Shown: positions 21,314 through 31,362, counted from the first letter of the stretch. The stretch: DNA of 64,000 nt from an uncultured Verrucomicrobiae bacterium (GCA_963706955.1 CAVPOC010000008.1:448001-512000); one strand, 5' to 3'. Numbers and translations: made by a program. The notes: generated by a model from the sequence alone, not told the origin.

Positions 21314-22519
21314 ATGCCTTGGGCGACCTCGAACCTAATGAAAAAGAGAGCTGAATTTGCGAGTAGAGCCATGAAGACGGAGAATTTTCGCGCGTTGTGC
21401 CGGGAGTTTGGGATCAGCGCACGAGTGGGCTACAAGTGGCGCGATAGATTTATGGCCGAAGGGCTCTGCGGGCTGGATGACCAGAGTCGGCGGCCGCATT
21501 GTTGTCCTGGTCAGCTAAGGGAGGAAGAGATCTGCGCGATGGTGCGGATCAAAGAACGGCATCGGCATTGGGGGGCGCAGAAGATTCGGGAAGTTTACCT
21601 GCGCCAGCATGGGCAGGCGCCGAGCGAGAGCAGTTTTAAGCGGGTGCTGGAACGCTGCGGGTTGACGGAAAAGCGCAAGGTGAGACCCGCTAAGCAGACG
21701 GGACGGATTGCCAGCGGGCGCAAAGCGAGCGCACCGAACGAGGTCTGGACGGTGGACTTTAAAGGCTGGTGGCACGATCGGGAGGGCCGATGTGAGCCAT
21801 TGACCGTGCGCGACGAATATAGTCGCTATGTGCTCGAACTACGAGCGCTACCCAATGCCCGCGGCGCGACGGTGCAGGCGTGTTTTGAACGGCTTTTTGG
21901 ACAACACGGATTGCCCGAAGCCATCCGCAGCGACAATGGAGTTCCCTTTGCCAGTCCCAACGGTTTGCTCGGACTCTCCCAACTCAGTGTCTGGTGGCTG
22001 GCCCTTGGTATTGACCTGGAACGTAGTCGCTCGGGGTGTCCGCAGGACAACGGCGCCCACGAGCGCTTGCACCGAGACATCGCCCGAGAACTCGAAGGCG
22101 TCCAGCATGAGGAACGCCAGGCCGCCTTTGAAACCTGGCGGCGAGAGTTTAATGAGGAGCGACCCCACCAGGCCCTCGGGATGCGAGTGCCCGCGGACCT
22201 GTACCTACCCTCCGTGCGCCAGTGGACGGGGACCCCTGCGCAGATCAGCTATGTTGGCATGGCGACGCGCCGAGTAAAAAAGGCCGGAGCGATTTGTTAC
22301 CAGGACCAGCGGATCTTCATCTCCCAAGCTCTGGCCGGATGGGACTTGGGGTTGCGTTATCGCAGTGAGCAGGTCCTGGAGGTTTACTTCGCGCAGCTTC
22401 TCTTGGGACTGCTCGAAACGCCGACAGCAGCCTTTATTCCAATAACCAAAACGCAATCCACGAGCTCAAGTCTGCTTCGGGAACAATCTAAGGAACTCCC
22501 GATGTTGGCGGCCGCCTAA
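21314..22519 (+). CDS. IS481-family DDE transposase (integrase core domain)
   Basis: MPW start, LCREFGIS HTH, PNEVWTVDFKG, IRSDNGVPF, PQDNGAHER and FNEERPHQAL. Confidence 0.93.
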   Translation: MPWATSNLMKKRAEFASRAMKTENFRALCREFGISARVGYKWRDRFMAEGLCGLDDQSRRPHCCPGQLREEEICAMVRIKERHRHWGAQKIREVYLRQHGQAPSESSFKRVLERCGLTEKRKVRPAKQTGRIASGRKASAPNEVWTVDFKGWWHDREGRCEPLTVRDEYSRYVLELRALPNARGATVQACFERLFGQHGLPEAIRSDNGVPFASPNGLLGLSQLSVWWLALGIDLERSRSGCPQDNGAHERLHRDIARELEGVQHEERQAAFETWRREFNEERPHQALGMRVPADLYLPSVRQWTGTPAQISYVGMATRRVKKAGAICYQDQRIFISQALAGWDLGLRYRSEQVLEVYFAQLLLGLLETPTAAFIPITKTQSTSSSLLREQSKELPMLAAA

Positions 22520-22520
22520 A

Positions 22521-22640
22521 GTGAACTCGACGCCTTATTCACAAACCGGTTGCTCTGGCTGGGCGCCAGCGCCCGAGCTTTGTCCCTGCGGGGCTCGGGC
22601 TGCCGCAACCTCGTCTTCGGCGTTTGTGAATAAGTCTCAC
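22521..22640 (+). other. Multibranched stem-loop in the 3' non-coding part of the IS
   Basis: 13-bp perfect stem cttattcacaaac/gtttgtgaataag (22534-22546/22622-22634) enclosing ggttgc/gcaacc, gctgg/ccagc and gcccgagc/gctcgggc. Confidence 0.7.
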
Positions 22641-22766
22641 CTTCTTCCAATTCCACAAATCCGAATCAAACCAACGAATAACAAACCAACATAAACCGCC
22701 CAATGTGTTACCTATGTCCTGAACCAGAAGTGTTACCTATGTCTTGACCGCTCCGTTGCGTTAAAC

Positions 22767-22794
22767 CCATCAACTCTCAACCATGAACCATCAA
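22767..22794. repeat. Four degenerate 7-nt tandem repeats
   Basis: ccatcaa ctctcaa ccatgaa ccatcaa. Confidence 0.6.
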
Positions 22795-22833
22795 CTATTG
22801 CGCGACCGACGCTGCCTCACGGCGGCCCATCTG

Positions 22834-23595
22834 TCATTTTAGCGTGATCTTTGCGAATAAATCTTTGCCGAGGACCTTCTGAATTAGGGCGTCTATTTGC
22901 GATGCCCGCGGCACACATACGGACGGCCGCCACGGGTAAATGCGGTCGTTGATCCAAGGGGGCTGCCAATTGCTGGTGATCTTCACGAACTGCTCGGCGA
23001 AATTGGCTTGCCGCGCGAGCGGATACATCCCCTCGATCTCCAGGCAGCCATCCAGACAGACGTCCACATAAGATTGGACGATGGGGTGTTCGGATGATGG
23101 AAATCTCTTCTCCGTGTTGCCGTAGAACCAGATGTCGGCTTCGGGCACGGTCTGGCTTCCATCGAGCATGGTGATCTGGGATGGATCGATCTTCGTGAGC
23201 TGGTAGCCAACTTCGCGTTCGCCATAAGCGGCAAACTCCGCCGAGGCGACTGGGAAGATGACGCCGTTGCAGACCGAATCCTTTTCCAACACCGCGCCGA
23301 GGTAGGTCGGATTCCAACTCGGTCCGCCGGTCTGGTCGAACCAGCCACGGCTCACGCCGCGGACAATTACCGGGTAAGCGAATTCGGCTCCCGCCGAGGT
23401 TCCCATGCGTGATTGGCGCTGCACGAGTGAGCCGTAACCAAAAATATACTGCGGACGCGCCGAGCCGCCGACCTTGTCGAGTTCGCCGGCGCGGGCGTGT
23501 GACGTCGCTGGGTTGGCCTCGACCGCAAGGCCGGCGGCGGAGATCCCCAAAAGTGCTATCGCCTTGCGTCGTGAAAGAACGTATTGATCGGACAT
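22834..23595 (-). CDS. Gamma-glutamylcyclotransferase-like protein with a Tat-type signal
   Basis: YIFGYGSL GGCT motif and ERExGY; N-terminal LSRRKAIALLG. Confidence 0.78.
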   Translation of the reverse strand: MSDQYVLSRRKAIALLGISAAGLAVEANPATSHARAGELDKVGGSARPQYIFGYGSLVQRQSRMGTSAGAEFAYPVIVRGVSRGWFDQTGGPSWNPTYLGAVLEKDSVCNGVIFPVASAEFAAYGEREVGYQLTKIDPSQITMLDGSQTVPEADIWFYGNTEKRFPSSEHPIVQSYVDVCLDGCLEIEGMYPLARQANFAEQFVKITSNWQPPWINDRIYPWRPSVCVPRASQIDALIQKVLGKDLFAKITLK

Positions 23596-23672
23596 TGTGT
23601 TTCCTCCTGTATGAATCAGCCTAGCACCGTTGCCCCCCTGAAAAGCACTGAAGATTTGACGATAACGCTCCT

Positions 23673-24479
23673 ATGAATCCAAACAAAGCACTCTGGGAAA
23701 AAGGCGACTTCACCCGCCTCGCCGACACCATGCGCCAGAGCGGAGAGGCGCTCGTGCAGAGCCTGGGAATCACCAACGGACTCAAGGTTCTGGATCTCGG
23801 ATGCGGCGATGGCACCACCGCCGTGCCAGCGGCCAAGCTGGGAGCGGACGTGCTCGGCGTCGACATCGCCCGGAATCTAGTCGAGGCCGGAAACAAACGA
23901 GCCGCCGAGCAGGGCCTGACAAACTGCAAATTTCAGGAAGGGGATGCGTGCAATCTCCATCCGTTGCCGGATAAAACGTTTGATCTCGTCGTGACGATCT
24001 TCGGTGCGATGTTTGCCCCCAAACCTTTCGATGTGGCCAAGGAGATGGTCCGGGTCACGCGGCCGGGAGGTCGAATTGTCATGGGCAACTGGATCCCCAA
24101 TGATCCGACACTCGTCGCGCAAATCTTGCGGATTAGCTCGAGTTACACGCCGCCACCGCCAGAAGGGTTCGTCAGCCCGATGACTTGGGGCGTCGAGAGC
24201 AACGTCATCGAGCGGTTTGGCGCTGCCGGAGTTCCGGCAGAGAAGATATCTTTCCTGCGAGACACGTTCACCTTCAACTTTCCCGGCGAGCCGGCGGCGT
24301 TCATGAATGTATTCAAAACCTACTACGGACCTACCATGAACGCCTTCGAAGCCGCAGAGAAGACCGGCCGGGCCGCTGAGCTCCAGAAAGAACTTGCAGA
24401 GTTGTTCAGCAGCCAAAATCAAAGTAAAAATGCCACCTCCATTCCGGCAAAGTTCCTCCGCGTGACGGTCTCCCTTTGA
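23673..24479 (+). CDS. Class I SAM-dependent methyltransferase
   Basis: VLDLGCGDG, FGAMFAP and EMVRVTRPGGRI. Confidence 0.92.
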   Translation: MNPNKALWEKGDFTRLADTMRQSGEALVQSLGITNGLKVLDLGCGDGTTAVPAAKLGADVLGVDIARNLVEAGNKRAAEQGLTNCKFQEGDACNLHPLPDKTFDLVVTIFGAMFAPKPFDVAKEMVRVTRPGGRIVMGNWIPNDPTLVAQILRISSSYTPPPPEGFVSPMTWGVESNVIERFGAAGVPAEKISFLRDTFTFNFPGEPAAFMNVFKTYYGPTMNAFEAAEKTGRAAELQKELAELFSSQNQSKNATSIPAKFLRVTVSL

Positions 24480-24563
24480 TCGCTTCACCCCAATGCGCGA
24501 CACCCTCGCGCCAAGCCGTGCGACTTGCACTGGATCTTCGCGAGATAATTCGCCTTCTCTACC

Positions 24564-24691
24564 ATCCACAGATTGACGCAGATGCACACAGATTCTCGGC
24601 TGCGGCGATTAGAAATTCCTTAACCATCAAGTCCTCTTCCGCACTTCAGGTCAACCTCCTTTCCTCTGTGTCATCGGTGTTCTCTGTGGTG
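24564..24691. repeat. Second pair of 9-nt-periodic repeats (a CACAGAT variant facing a CACAGAG copy)
   Basis: atccacagattgacgcagatgcacacagat (24564-24593); reverse complement of 24662-24691 is caccacagagaacaccgatgacacagagga. Confidence 0.75.
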
Positions 24692-24703
24692 ACCTTCGGA
24701 TTC

Positions 24704-24731
24704 GTGCCGGCGGCGGGACTCGAACCTGCAC
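24704..24731 (-). repeat. 3'-end fragment of tRNA-Leu (att-like direct repeat)
   Basis: gtgccggcggcgggactcgaacctgcac matches 32801-32828 at 27/28. Confidence 0.9.
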
Positions 24732-24919
24732 ACGCACCCTTGAGAACCGCATAAATACAGGATTCCTTGCAGCTTGCAGCAAGTTTCCCTCGCCGCGGCG
24801 AGTTGCTCGATCTTGCGGAAAAGTGGGTGGATTCGGCCTGCATCTCGTTAGGCTCACCTTTGAGAGTATGCAGCGCGTTATCTCTGCGTAACACCACGCG
24901 CGCGTTTCCCCCAAGGGCG

Positions 24920-25210
24920 GCTCAATCCGCATGCGCATTTGTCCAAAATATCAACTCGTGACTCCATGACATGATTGACAAGCCGCAAACCACGGGGCGC
25001 GGCCGAGCTTATGAGAGGGTCTGATCCTAGAGATAGCGGTGTCGAGCCGGAACGCCGGATCACTCGATGGCGCCAATGACTCCCTACGCCGAGCGCGGAA
25101 GGTCCTCGGCGGAGTATGACACGACGCGGCTCTTTGTCGGCTCGAAGGGTGCACTCGGGTGTTTACCGAGGAGACTGTCGGCCGACCGCGATTTCGGCAG
25201 CGTTGTAATC
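24920..25210 (-). pseudogene. Possible decayed arginase/agmatinase remnant
   Basis: Across frames: GSTPLSLGSDPLISSAAPRGL then WTNAHAD, resembling the ureohydrolase PLxLGGDHSI and WxDAHAD motifs in the right order. Confidence 0.4.
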
Positions 25211-25407
25211 ATTCCCCAGAGTCGAGGCCGCAGTAAACACTGTAATGCGAACCATCCAGGAGGTATTCCGGTGGCGCACTCGCGATTGGCGCGTTGTCCC
25301 TGAATCCAAAGAAAGGCCTATTTTCCCTCGAACGCGCTGAAATCAGTCGGCTTATTGTCCATTGAAGAAGAAATCGTACGACTTCAGATCGCCTGAAGCT
25401 TCGCCGC

Positions 25408-25926
25408 TTAAGGGGATCCCGTATTCGGCAACCCGTGACTCCACAGCAGTGTCCAGACGAAGATGAAAAGCAGTGGAAGCAATATCGGAGAGGCGAATCC
25501 CAGGTAGCGCGTGAGCTTTTTCCCTCGGAGAGGTAGAAACCGGTCAACATCGCCAACATCGTTACGACTCTGCGTAAACCGATAAATGTTTATCATCGCG
25601 AGAACCCCCGCGATTATGCTCACGTAGATGAGTGCCGCGCTAAGAAAACCGACCACTGGGAGGGTTCCTAGCAAGACGTTTTGCAGTGAGCCAATCAAGG
25701 CGTTCTTCGGGCGCTCCGGACCGTTTAGGACAATCGCGTATGCGGTGAAAAGAAATGCTTGCGACCCCATCAGCCATGAGAGCCGCTGCGTGATGAGGTT
25801 GTCTTCGTGCTGGAGCTGATCGCGCAGCATGCGATACGATTCGACAGCGGACAGTGGAGAAACTCGCACGGGCTGATCTTTGCCGGGCACGTCTTGGAAT
25901 TCTAGCTTTGGTGTAGCCAAAACCAA
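25408..25926 (-). CDS. Hypothetical membrane protein (about 3 TM helices)
   Basis: QLQHEDNLITQRLSWLMGSQAFLFTAY followed by hydrophobic segments; start uncertain. Confidence 0.7.
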   Translation of the reverse strand: MVLATPKLEFQDVPGKDQPVRVSPLSAVESYRMLRDQLQHEDNLITQRLSWLMGSQAFLFTAYAIVLNGPERPKNALIGSLQNVLLGTLPVVGFLSAALIYVSIIAGVLAMINIYRFTQSRNDVGDVDRFLPLRGKKLTRYLGFASPILLPLLFIFVWTLLWSHGLPNTGSP

Positions 25927-26278
25927 TGATGAAGTGGACCAAATCTCAATCAGCTTTCACCCTGACAATTCCGTCGATTGAAGGGATCTTTTTTCGCTTC
26001 AAACAAACTCGACGCGATCTGCATCGCCTTTATTCCATTTTCGACCTCATCGTCGAAGCCCGTCGTTAGTGTTAACATCCTATCGCTGCGGGTTGAGCGT
26101 CCGCTCAACAAGGGCGCGTGATGGCTACTTAAGCCTTATCCAGGCTTCCCTTGTGTTTCTCAAAGATGGGCCTCGGACCGAGCCAGTAAATCAGAATCAT
26201 CTAAGTCCGACACCCGAGGTCGACGACTTTTAGGGCAGACGCGACTACTTTACCGACTCGGCGTCCCGTGGTTTGGGC

Positions 26279-27076
26279 CTAAGTTTTGCGAAACGCCAGC
26301 CAATCGGTACGAATCTTGTCCCAACCCTGCACTGATAGACCGTGAGCCTCGAAGAATTCGCGGATCTGCTTGGAATTCCATTTTAGAATGTCCTCCAGGA
26401 TCGGCACGAAGACGCTCGTTGCGTTATCGCTCAATACGGTCCGCTTGGCGATCCGACCGATATCCTTAGTTTCGGAAACTGCGATGGTGTGTCCGTCGCG
26501 GCTATTGACGTGGTGCATCACATAGAGATCCGAGCTACCGTCGCCGATATAGATGGTTTGGTCGGGCCGAACCCCGAACTTCTGTTCAAGTTCCTGGAGG
26601 ACAACCACCTTACCGTATCCAGCTGGCACCCGCTCGACTGAAGTAATCTCCATGCCGGATGGATCATAGCCGAACTCAGTGCCGTACACGTTCTCGGGCG
26701 GCACAATCCCCTCCAGTGCCGATTGCACCACTTGGCGCGGGCCTGCCGAGATGACGACAAACTGGAAGCACGCCTCCCCCAACTCCCCCGCCAGAATTTC
26801 TGCAAGCAACTTGACGTTTTCCTTTAGCCGAACCCGCTTGCCCGCCTCGACCAAATGTTCCCGTCGCACACCACGAAATTCCGGGTCGTGCCGCAAGAGA
26901 TAGGCCAGTTCAGCACCCGATTGCACCAGATGGGTCGAGGAAAGCCCTTTAACCTTGTCCGCAAAATCCTTGATACCAACGATTTCTCCAAGCACATGTC
27001 CAGAGTCGTTAAAACTCAGCGTTTGGTCAAAGTCACTTGCGATCAGATAGCGGACCGATTTTTTGGTTGTACTCAT
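26279..27076 (-). CDS. HAD-superfamily phosphatase (IB-like)
   Basis: SDFDQTLS motif I, VISAG, GK and YIGDGSSD. Confidence 0.88.
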   Translation of the reverse strand: MSTTKKSVRYLIASDFDQTLSFNDSGHVLGEIVGIKDFADKVKGLSSTHLVQSGAELAYLLRHDPEFRGVRREHLVEAGKRVRLKENVKLLAEILAGELGEACFQFVVISAGPRQVVQSALEGIVPPENVYGTEFGYDPSGMEITSVERVPAGYGKVVVLQELEQKFGVRPDQTIYIGDGSSDLYVMHHVNSRDGHTIAVSETKDIGRIAKRTVLSDNATSVFVPILEDILKWNSKQIREFFEAHGLSVQGWDKIRTDWLAFRKT

Positions 27077-27403
27077 GGTCTTGCGCGAATATAGCGGCGT
27101 AGGATTTCCAAAGCGATAGTTGACTCGGGGTAACCGACGGTTTGGGAAAAAATCTTAGGAATGTCCGAAAATGTGCGACAAAATCTCCTATTCGGAGACC
27201 CAGAAATGCCAGTCTGGACCGAGGGCCGGAAACTAAGTAGGTCACGCTCCGAACCTGGCGGCTCGCGGATCGAATTTGACGATCATGGTGCTCCGGCGAT
27301 CTGCAAGGGCTACTGTTGGCCGGTTTTGACCACACTCGCCAGCAGCAGGTATTTAGACGACGATATGAGCAGAACGGACCGATTTTGCGCGGACAGGAGC
27401 GAG

Positions 27404-29050
27404 TCACCTTCCGCCAAGAGAGCGGCTGACGATCTCCTGAGCCTGCTCAACGATGGCGGTGAGATGCTCGGCGCTTTTCAGGCTCTCGGCGTAGAGTTTG
27501 TAGATGTTCTCCGTGCCCGAAGGACGTGCGGCAAACCAGCCGCTGGGCGAGACAACCTTCAGGCCCCCGATCGGGGCGTCATTTCCGGGAGCTCGGGTCA
27601 GTCTCGCCGTGATCGGTTCGCCAGCGAGTTCAGTCGCGGTGACGTCTTCAGGCGAGAGTTTCTTGAGCAGGTTCTTCTGTTCGGGGGTGGCGGGAGCGTC
27701 GATTCTGGTGTAATACGGCGTGCCGAACTCGGCGGTCAGCTCCTGGTAATGCTCGCCCGGATCCTTTCCGGTGCGTGCAGTGATTTCGGCGGCGAGCAGA
27801 CTGAGGATGAGGCCGTCTTTGTCGGTGCTCCATACCGTGCCATCGTGACAAAGGAAACTAGCTCCGGCGCTTTCCTCCCCTCCGAAGCAACAGGAGCCGT
27901 CGAAGAGGCCCGGTGTAAACCATTTGAAGCCGACGGGCACTTCCCAAAGCTTGCGATCGAGGCTGGTAACCACGCGATCGATGAGACAACTGCTGACGAG
28001 GGTTTTGCCGACGACCGCGCGATTCGACCACTGCGGCCGGTGAGTTAGGAGATACCGGATGGCGACGGCTAGGTAATGGTTTGGGTTCAGGAGGCCGACC
28101 GACGGAGCGACGATGCCGTGCCGGTCAGCGTCGGGATCGTTCCCGAAAGCGATGCCGAACCGGTCCTTAAGCTTTACCAGGCTGGCCATCGCAAAGGGGC
28201 TCGAACAATCCATCCGGATCTTGCCGTCATGATCCACCGTCATAAACGCAAACGTGGGGTCGACATCTGAATTCACGATCGTGATGTCGAGACCGTAGTG
28301 CTCGGCCAGCGGCTGCCAATAGGCTACGGATGCTCCGCCAAGCGGATCAACGCCGATCTTCACGCCAGCGGAGCGGATGCCTTCCAGATCGATGACGTTG
28401 GCGAGATTCTGCACGTAAGGCATGACGAAGTCCTGCGCGTGGGTTGTGGAGACCTTAAGGGACGCTTCAAAATCGATCCGGCGAACACCTTGGTTGCCAC
28501 CGCGCAAGAGTTCGTTGGCGCGATTCTGAATCGCGTCCGTGACGTCAGTGTCGGCCGGGCCGCCATTTGTCAGGTTATATTTGAAGCCTCCGTCAGTCGG
28601 CGGATTGTGCGACGGAGTGACGACAATGCCATCGGCAAGGCCCTCCGAGCGACCCTGGTTGTACGTAAGGATGGCGCGCGAAATGACCGGCGTCGGCGTG
28701 AAGCCGTCGTCGCCCTGAATGAAAGTCTCCACGCCGTTCGCGGCGAGCACCTCGAGCGCAACGCGTTCAGCTGGACGGGACAGGGCGTGGGTGTCTTTGC
28801 CCATGAAGAGGGGACCCGTTACCTTCTGGTTGCGCCGATACTCGCAGATCGCTTGCGTGATGGCGAGGATGTGCGCCTCGGTGAACGTCGCATTTGAGCT
28901 TGTGCCACGATGGCCGCTAGTGCCGAAGCTGACAAGCTGGTTTGGGTCGCTCGGATCGGGCTTTGATGCATAGAACGCCTCCTCGAGTTTGTTGACATCG
29001 ATCAGAAGGTCTTTCGGTGCGGGTTTGCCTGCAAGGGGATGGGCGCTCAT
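27404..29050 (-). CDS. pgm: Phosphoglucomutase
   Basis: [15 protein letters not shown] catalytic Ser, [13 protein letters not shown] and RPSGTE. Confidence 0.97.
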   Translation of the reverse strand: MSAHPLAGKPAPKDLLIDVNKLEEAFYASKPDPSDPNQLVSFGTSGHRGTSSNATFTEAHILAITQAICEYRRNQKVTGPLFMGKDTHALSRPAERVALEVLAANGVETFIQGDDGFTPTPVISRAILTYNQGRSEGLADGIVVTPSHNPPTDGGFKYNLTNGGPADTDVTDAIQNRANELLRGGNQGVRRIDFEASLKVSTTHAQDFVMPYVQNLANVIDLEGIRSAGVKIGVDPLGGASVAYWQPLAEHYGLDITIVNSDVDPTFAFMTVDHDGKIRMDCSSPFAMASLVKLKDRFGIAFGNDPDADRHGIVAPSVGLLNPNHYLAVAIRYLLTHRPQWSNRAVVGKTLVSSCLIDRVVTSLDRKLWEVPVGFKWFTPGLFDGSCCFGGEESAGASFLCHDGTVWSTDKDGLILSLLAAEITARTGKDPGEHYQELTAEFGTPYYTRIDAPATPEQKNLLKKLSPEDVTATELAGEPITARLTRAPGNDAPIGGLKVVSPSGWFAARPSGTENIYKLYAESLKSAEHLTAIVEQAQEIVSRSLGGR

Positions 29051-29373
29051 AGAAAGGGATGGGTTTTCGGTATGCGTGTGTTCTATCCGGCAAATGTGTT
29101 TCTGGCAACGCCTCCGGAGGAAGGGCCTACTCGCAGAGAGTGTCCGCGGCGGCTAGGGGTGCGAGGCGTTTACTTCTTTCTCCCGTACGATATGTCGACA
29201 TCGCAGTGGCCACTGTTACCCTCAGCTACGGTTCAGTCCACCTATGAGAAAACTGCACCACAGTCGTATTTCGTATTTCGCTCTCGCGCCCTCCGCATTT
29301 GCCCGGGACACAGGAACTTTCTCCCCGATGGACCGCTCGTTCCGGCAAAAATCGAAAAGTTAGACACACTACC

Positions 29374-30786
29374 ATGAGTACTACAACATCCGGAGACCAT
29401 CCGGTCCCATTCGACGATCCGCGCACCGCTCCTAAAAAGAAGATGTTTGTCACCGATGATGGCAGGAACGTTCTCTTCACCTTCATCTTGCTTATCTCGC
29501 TGTTTGCCCTTTGGGGATTTTGCAACGGGATGATTGACGTAATGGATAAGCACTTTCAGGAAGAACTGGGCCTGACCTTGGCCCAATCTGCGTGGGTGCA
29601 GTTCGCGCATTACCTCGGTTACTTCCTAATGGCACTCCCCGCGGGATGGCTGGCGACGAAGATGGGTTACAAAGGCGGAATTATCGCGGGTCTCTTGTTA
29701 GTTGCGGTTGGGGGATTTTGGTTCATTCCGGCGACTCAAATCGCGGCCTTTTGGGCATTTTTGCTGGGTGTCTGCATCATTGCCGCGGGTCTTACCTTTC
29801 TCGAAACCATCGCTAATCCCTACACGACCGTTCTGGGGCCTATTGAATACGGAGCGACCCGCATCAATCTCGCGCAATCTTGCAACGGCATCGGTTTGCT
29901 TCTCGGACCGATTGCTGGCGGCATGTTTTTTTATTCCAAAGACGCGGCTGGACAGAGCACGGGCGCCGAGCAGCTCTGGATCCCTTACGCCGCCATCGGG
30001 GTTATCGTCATCCTTCTCGCCGTTGTATTCTATTTTGCCGATGTTCCTGACATTAAAATGGAGGACGACTATCACCTCGACGACTCGACGCCGAACGTTT
30101 CGCATTCCATCTGGTCGCATCCGCACTTTGTAATGGCCGTCGCCGCCCAATTTCTCTACGTCGCCGCGCAGGCTGGGATTTTCAGCTTCTTCATCAACTA
30201 CATGACTTCTCAGGTGCCGGCCGTTCCTGCCTCGTGGGAAGCACCCACTGGCGCAGCCTCTGGCTGGTTCACTGGCTGGTTTGAAACTCACAAGAACGGT
30301 ATGCTTGGGTTCAGCGACAAGGCCGCTGCCAATCTCGCATCTCTGGGCTTTCTTTGCTTCCTGGTCGGCCGTTTCACCGGCACTGCTATCCTCAAGAAAT
30401 TCGCCGCCCACACCCTTCTTGGTCTGTATGGCGCCATCAATGTCGCGCTCTGCCTCATCATCTTTCTCAAACTCGGCTGGATTTCGGTGGTCAGCGTCTT
30501 CCTTACCTATTTCTTCATGTCCATCATGTTCCCTACGATCTTTGCTCTGGGTATTTTTGGACTTGGCGCAGGGGCAAAAAAGGCATCCTCCTTCATCGTC
30601 ATGGCAATCATGGGTGGCGCCATTCTCCCTAAGCTGATGGGAGCGATTGCCGACAAATACGATCTTTCCCGTGGATTCATTGTGCCGCTACTGTGCTTCG
30701 CGTTCGTCGCAGCTTATGGGTTTTTGTGGCCGAGACTTAGCGGTCATGAGGCCATGCACGGTGTGTCGGCTACAGGCGGGCATTAG
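29374..30786 (+). CDS. FucP-like MFS sugar:H+ symporter
   Basis: LFALWGFCNG, LETIANPY, RINLAQSCNG, QFLYVAAQ and SIMFPTIFAL. Confidence 0.9.
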   Translation: MSTTTSGDHPVPFDDPRTAPKKKMFVTDDGRNVLFTFILLISLFALWGFCNGMIDVMDKHFQEELGLTLAQSAWVQFAHYLGYFLMALPAGWLATKMGYKGGIIAGLLLVAVGGFWFIPATQIAAFWAFLLGVCIIAAGLTFLETIANPYTTVLGPIEYGATRINLAQSCNGIGLLLGPIAGGMFFYSKDAAGQSTGAEQLWIPYAAIGVIVILLAVVFYFADVPDIKMEDDYHLDDSTPNVSHSIWSHPHFVMAVAAQFLYVAAQAGIFSFFINYMTSQVPAVPASWEAPTGAASGWFTGWFETHKNGMLGFSDKAAANLASLGFLCFLVGRFTGTAILKKFAAHTLLGLYGAINVALCLIIFLKLGWISVVSVFLTYFFMSIMFPTIFALGIFGLGAGAKKASSFIVMAIMGGAILPKLMGAIADKYDLSRGFIVPLLCFAFVAAYGFLWPRLSGHEAMHGVSATGGH

Positions 30787-30789
30787 GCT

Positions 30790-31362
30790 ATGAGCGCTGT
30801 ATTTAATTTGAATCACGAGAAGCTCGCCGCTGACCCGCGATTTGCCGCGACTGCGCGTGAGCTAAGCGCCCAGTCGCGGATCGAATCCCGCGCTTCCTTC
30901 AACCGTTACTGCCGAGAAGCATGCCGGCTCTGGATCGAGCACCTCGGCGACGGAGTAGGAAAAACGTCCGCGCATTTCACTGCGCTTTTGGATCGAGTCG
31001 ATGAGGGGAAGGGAGAGGTCATCAAAACGCCTTGGGGCGGCGTGGCGATCGAGTTACACGAACACCCGCGCGTCGAAAAATACTTAGTGATCCGCAAAGG
31101 CGGATACCTGGCTCTCGAGACGCACGAACAAAAGGATGAGCGGCTTGAGGTGAAGGAAGGCGCGGGCCTTATCCTGTCGCGGCGCGCCGCTGACCAACCC
31201 CTCATGGTCGAGGCTCTTGCGCCGGGTGACCAGTTTCATTTCGAGCCCGGCATGGAGCACTGCCTCATCGGGACCGAGAATCTGCTCGTATTCGAGCGCT
31301 CCGTTGATCCCAAGGGCATGGACCAGGACCTCGTGTTCATCTACGAGCCGGACGCTGCCTAA
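30790..31362 (+). CDS. Cupin-domain protein (mannose-6-phosphate isomerase-like fold)
   Basis: KYLVIRKGGYLALETHEQKDE and FEPGMEH cupin motifs; follows the transporter after a 3-nt gap. Confidence 0.7.
   Translation: MSAVFNLNHEKLAADPRFAATARELSAQSRIESRASFNRYCREACRLWIEHLGDGVGKTSAHFTALLDRVDEGKGEVIKTPWGGVAIELHEHPRVEKYLVIRKGGYLALETHEQKDERLEVKEGAGLILSRRAADQPLMVEALAPGDQFHFEPGMEHCLIGTENLLVFERSVDPKGMDQDLVFIYEPDAA

Larger units (their letters stand above)
21257..22755 (+). mobile_element. IS481-family insertion sequence
   Basis: Left IR ctggttcaagacataggtaaca (21262-21283); two inverted copies at the right end (22706-22727, 21/22 match; 22731-22747, 17/17 match); encloses a DDE transposase. Confidence 0.85.

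Noticed and set aside
24971..25212. Structured RNA (c-di-GMP-I riboswitch-like words GCAAACC and GATAGCGG; retron-like terminal inverted repeat atgattgacaa/ttgtaatcat)
   Set aside because: The GAAA tetraloop and GACGCAAAGC core are missing, there is no reverse transcriptase nearby, and a decayed arginase-like gene on the other strand explains the region; an Rfam scan would settle it
27161..28897. Long plus-strand ORFs (295 and 199 aa)
   Set aside because: Antisense shadows of pgm
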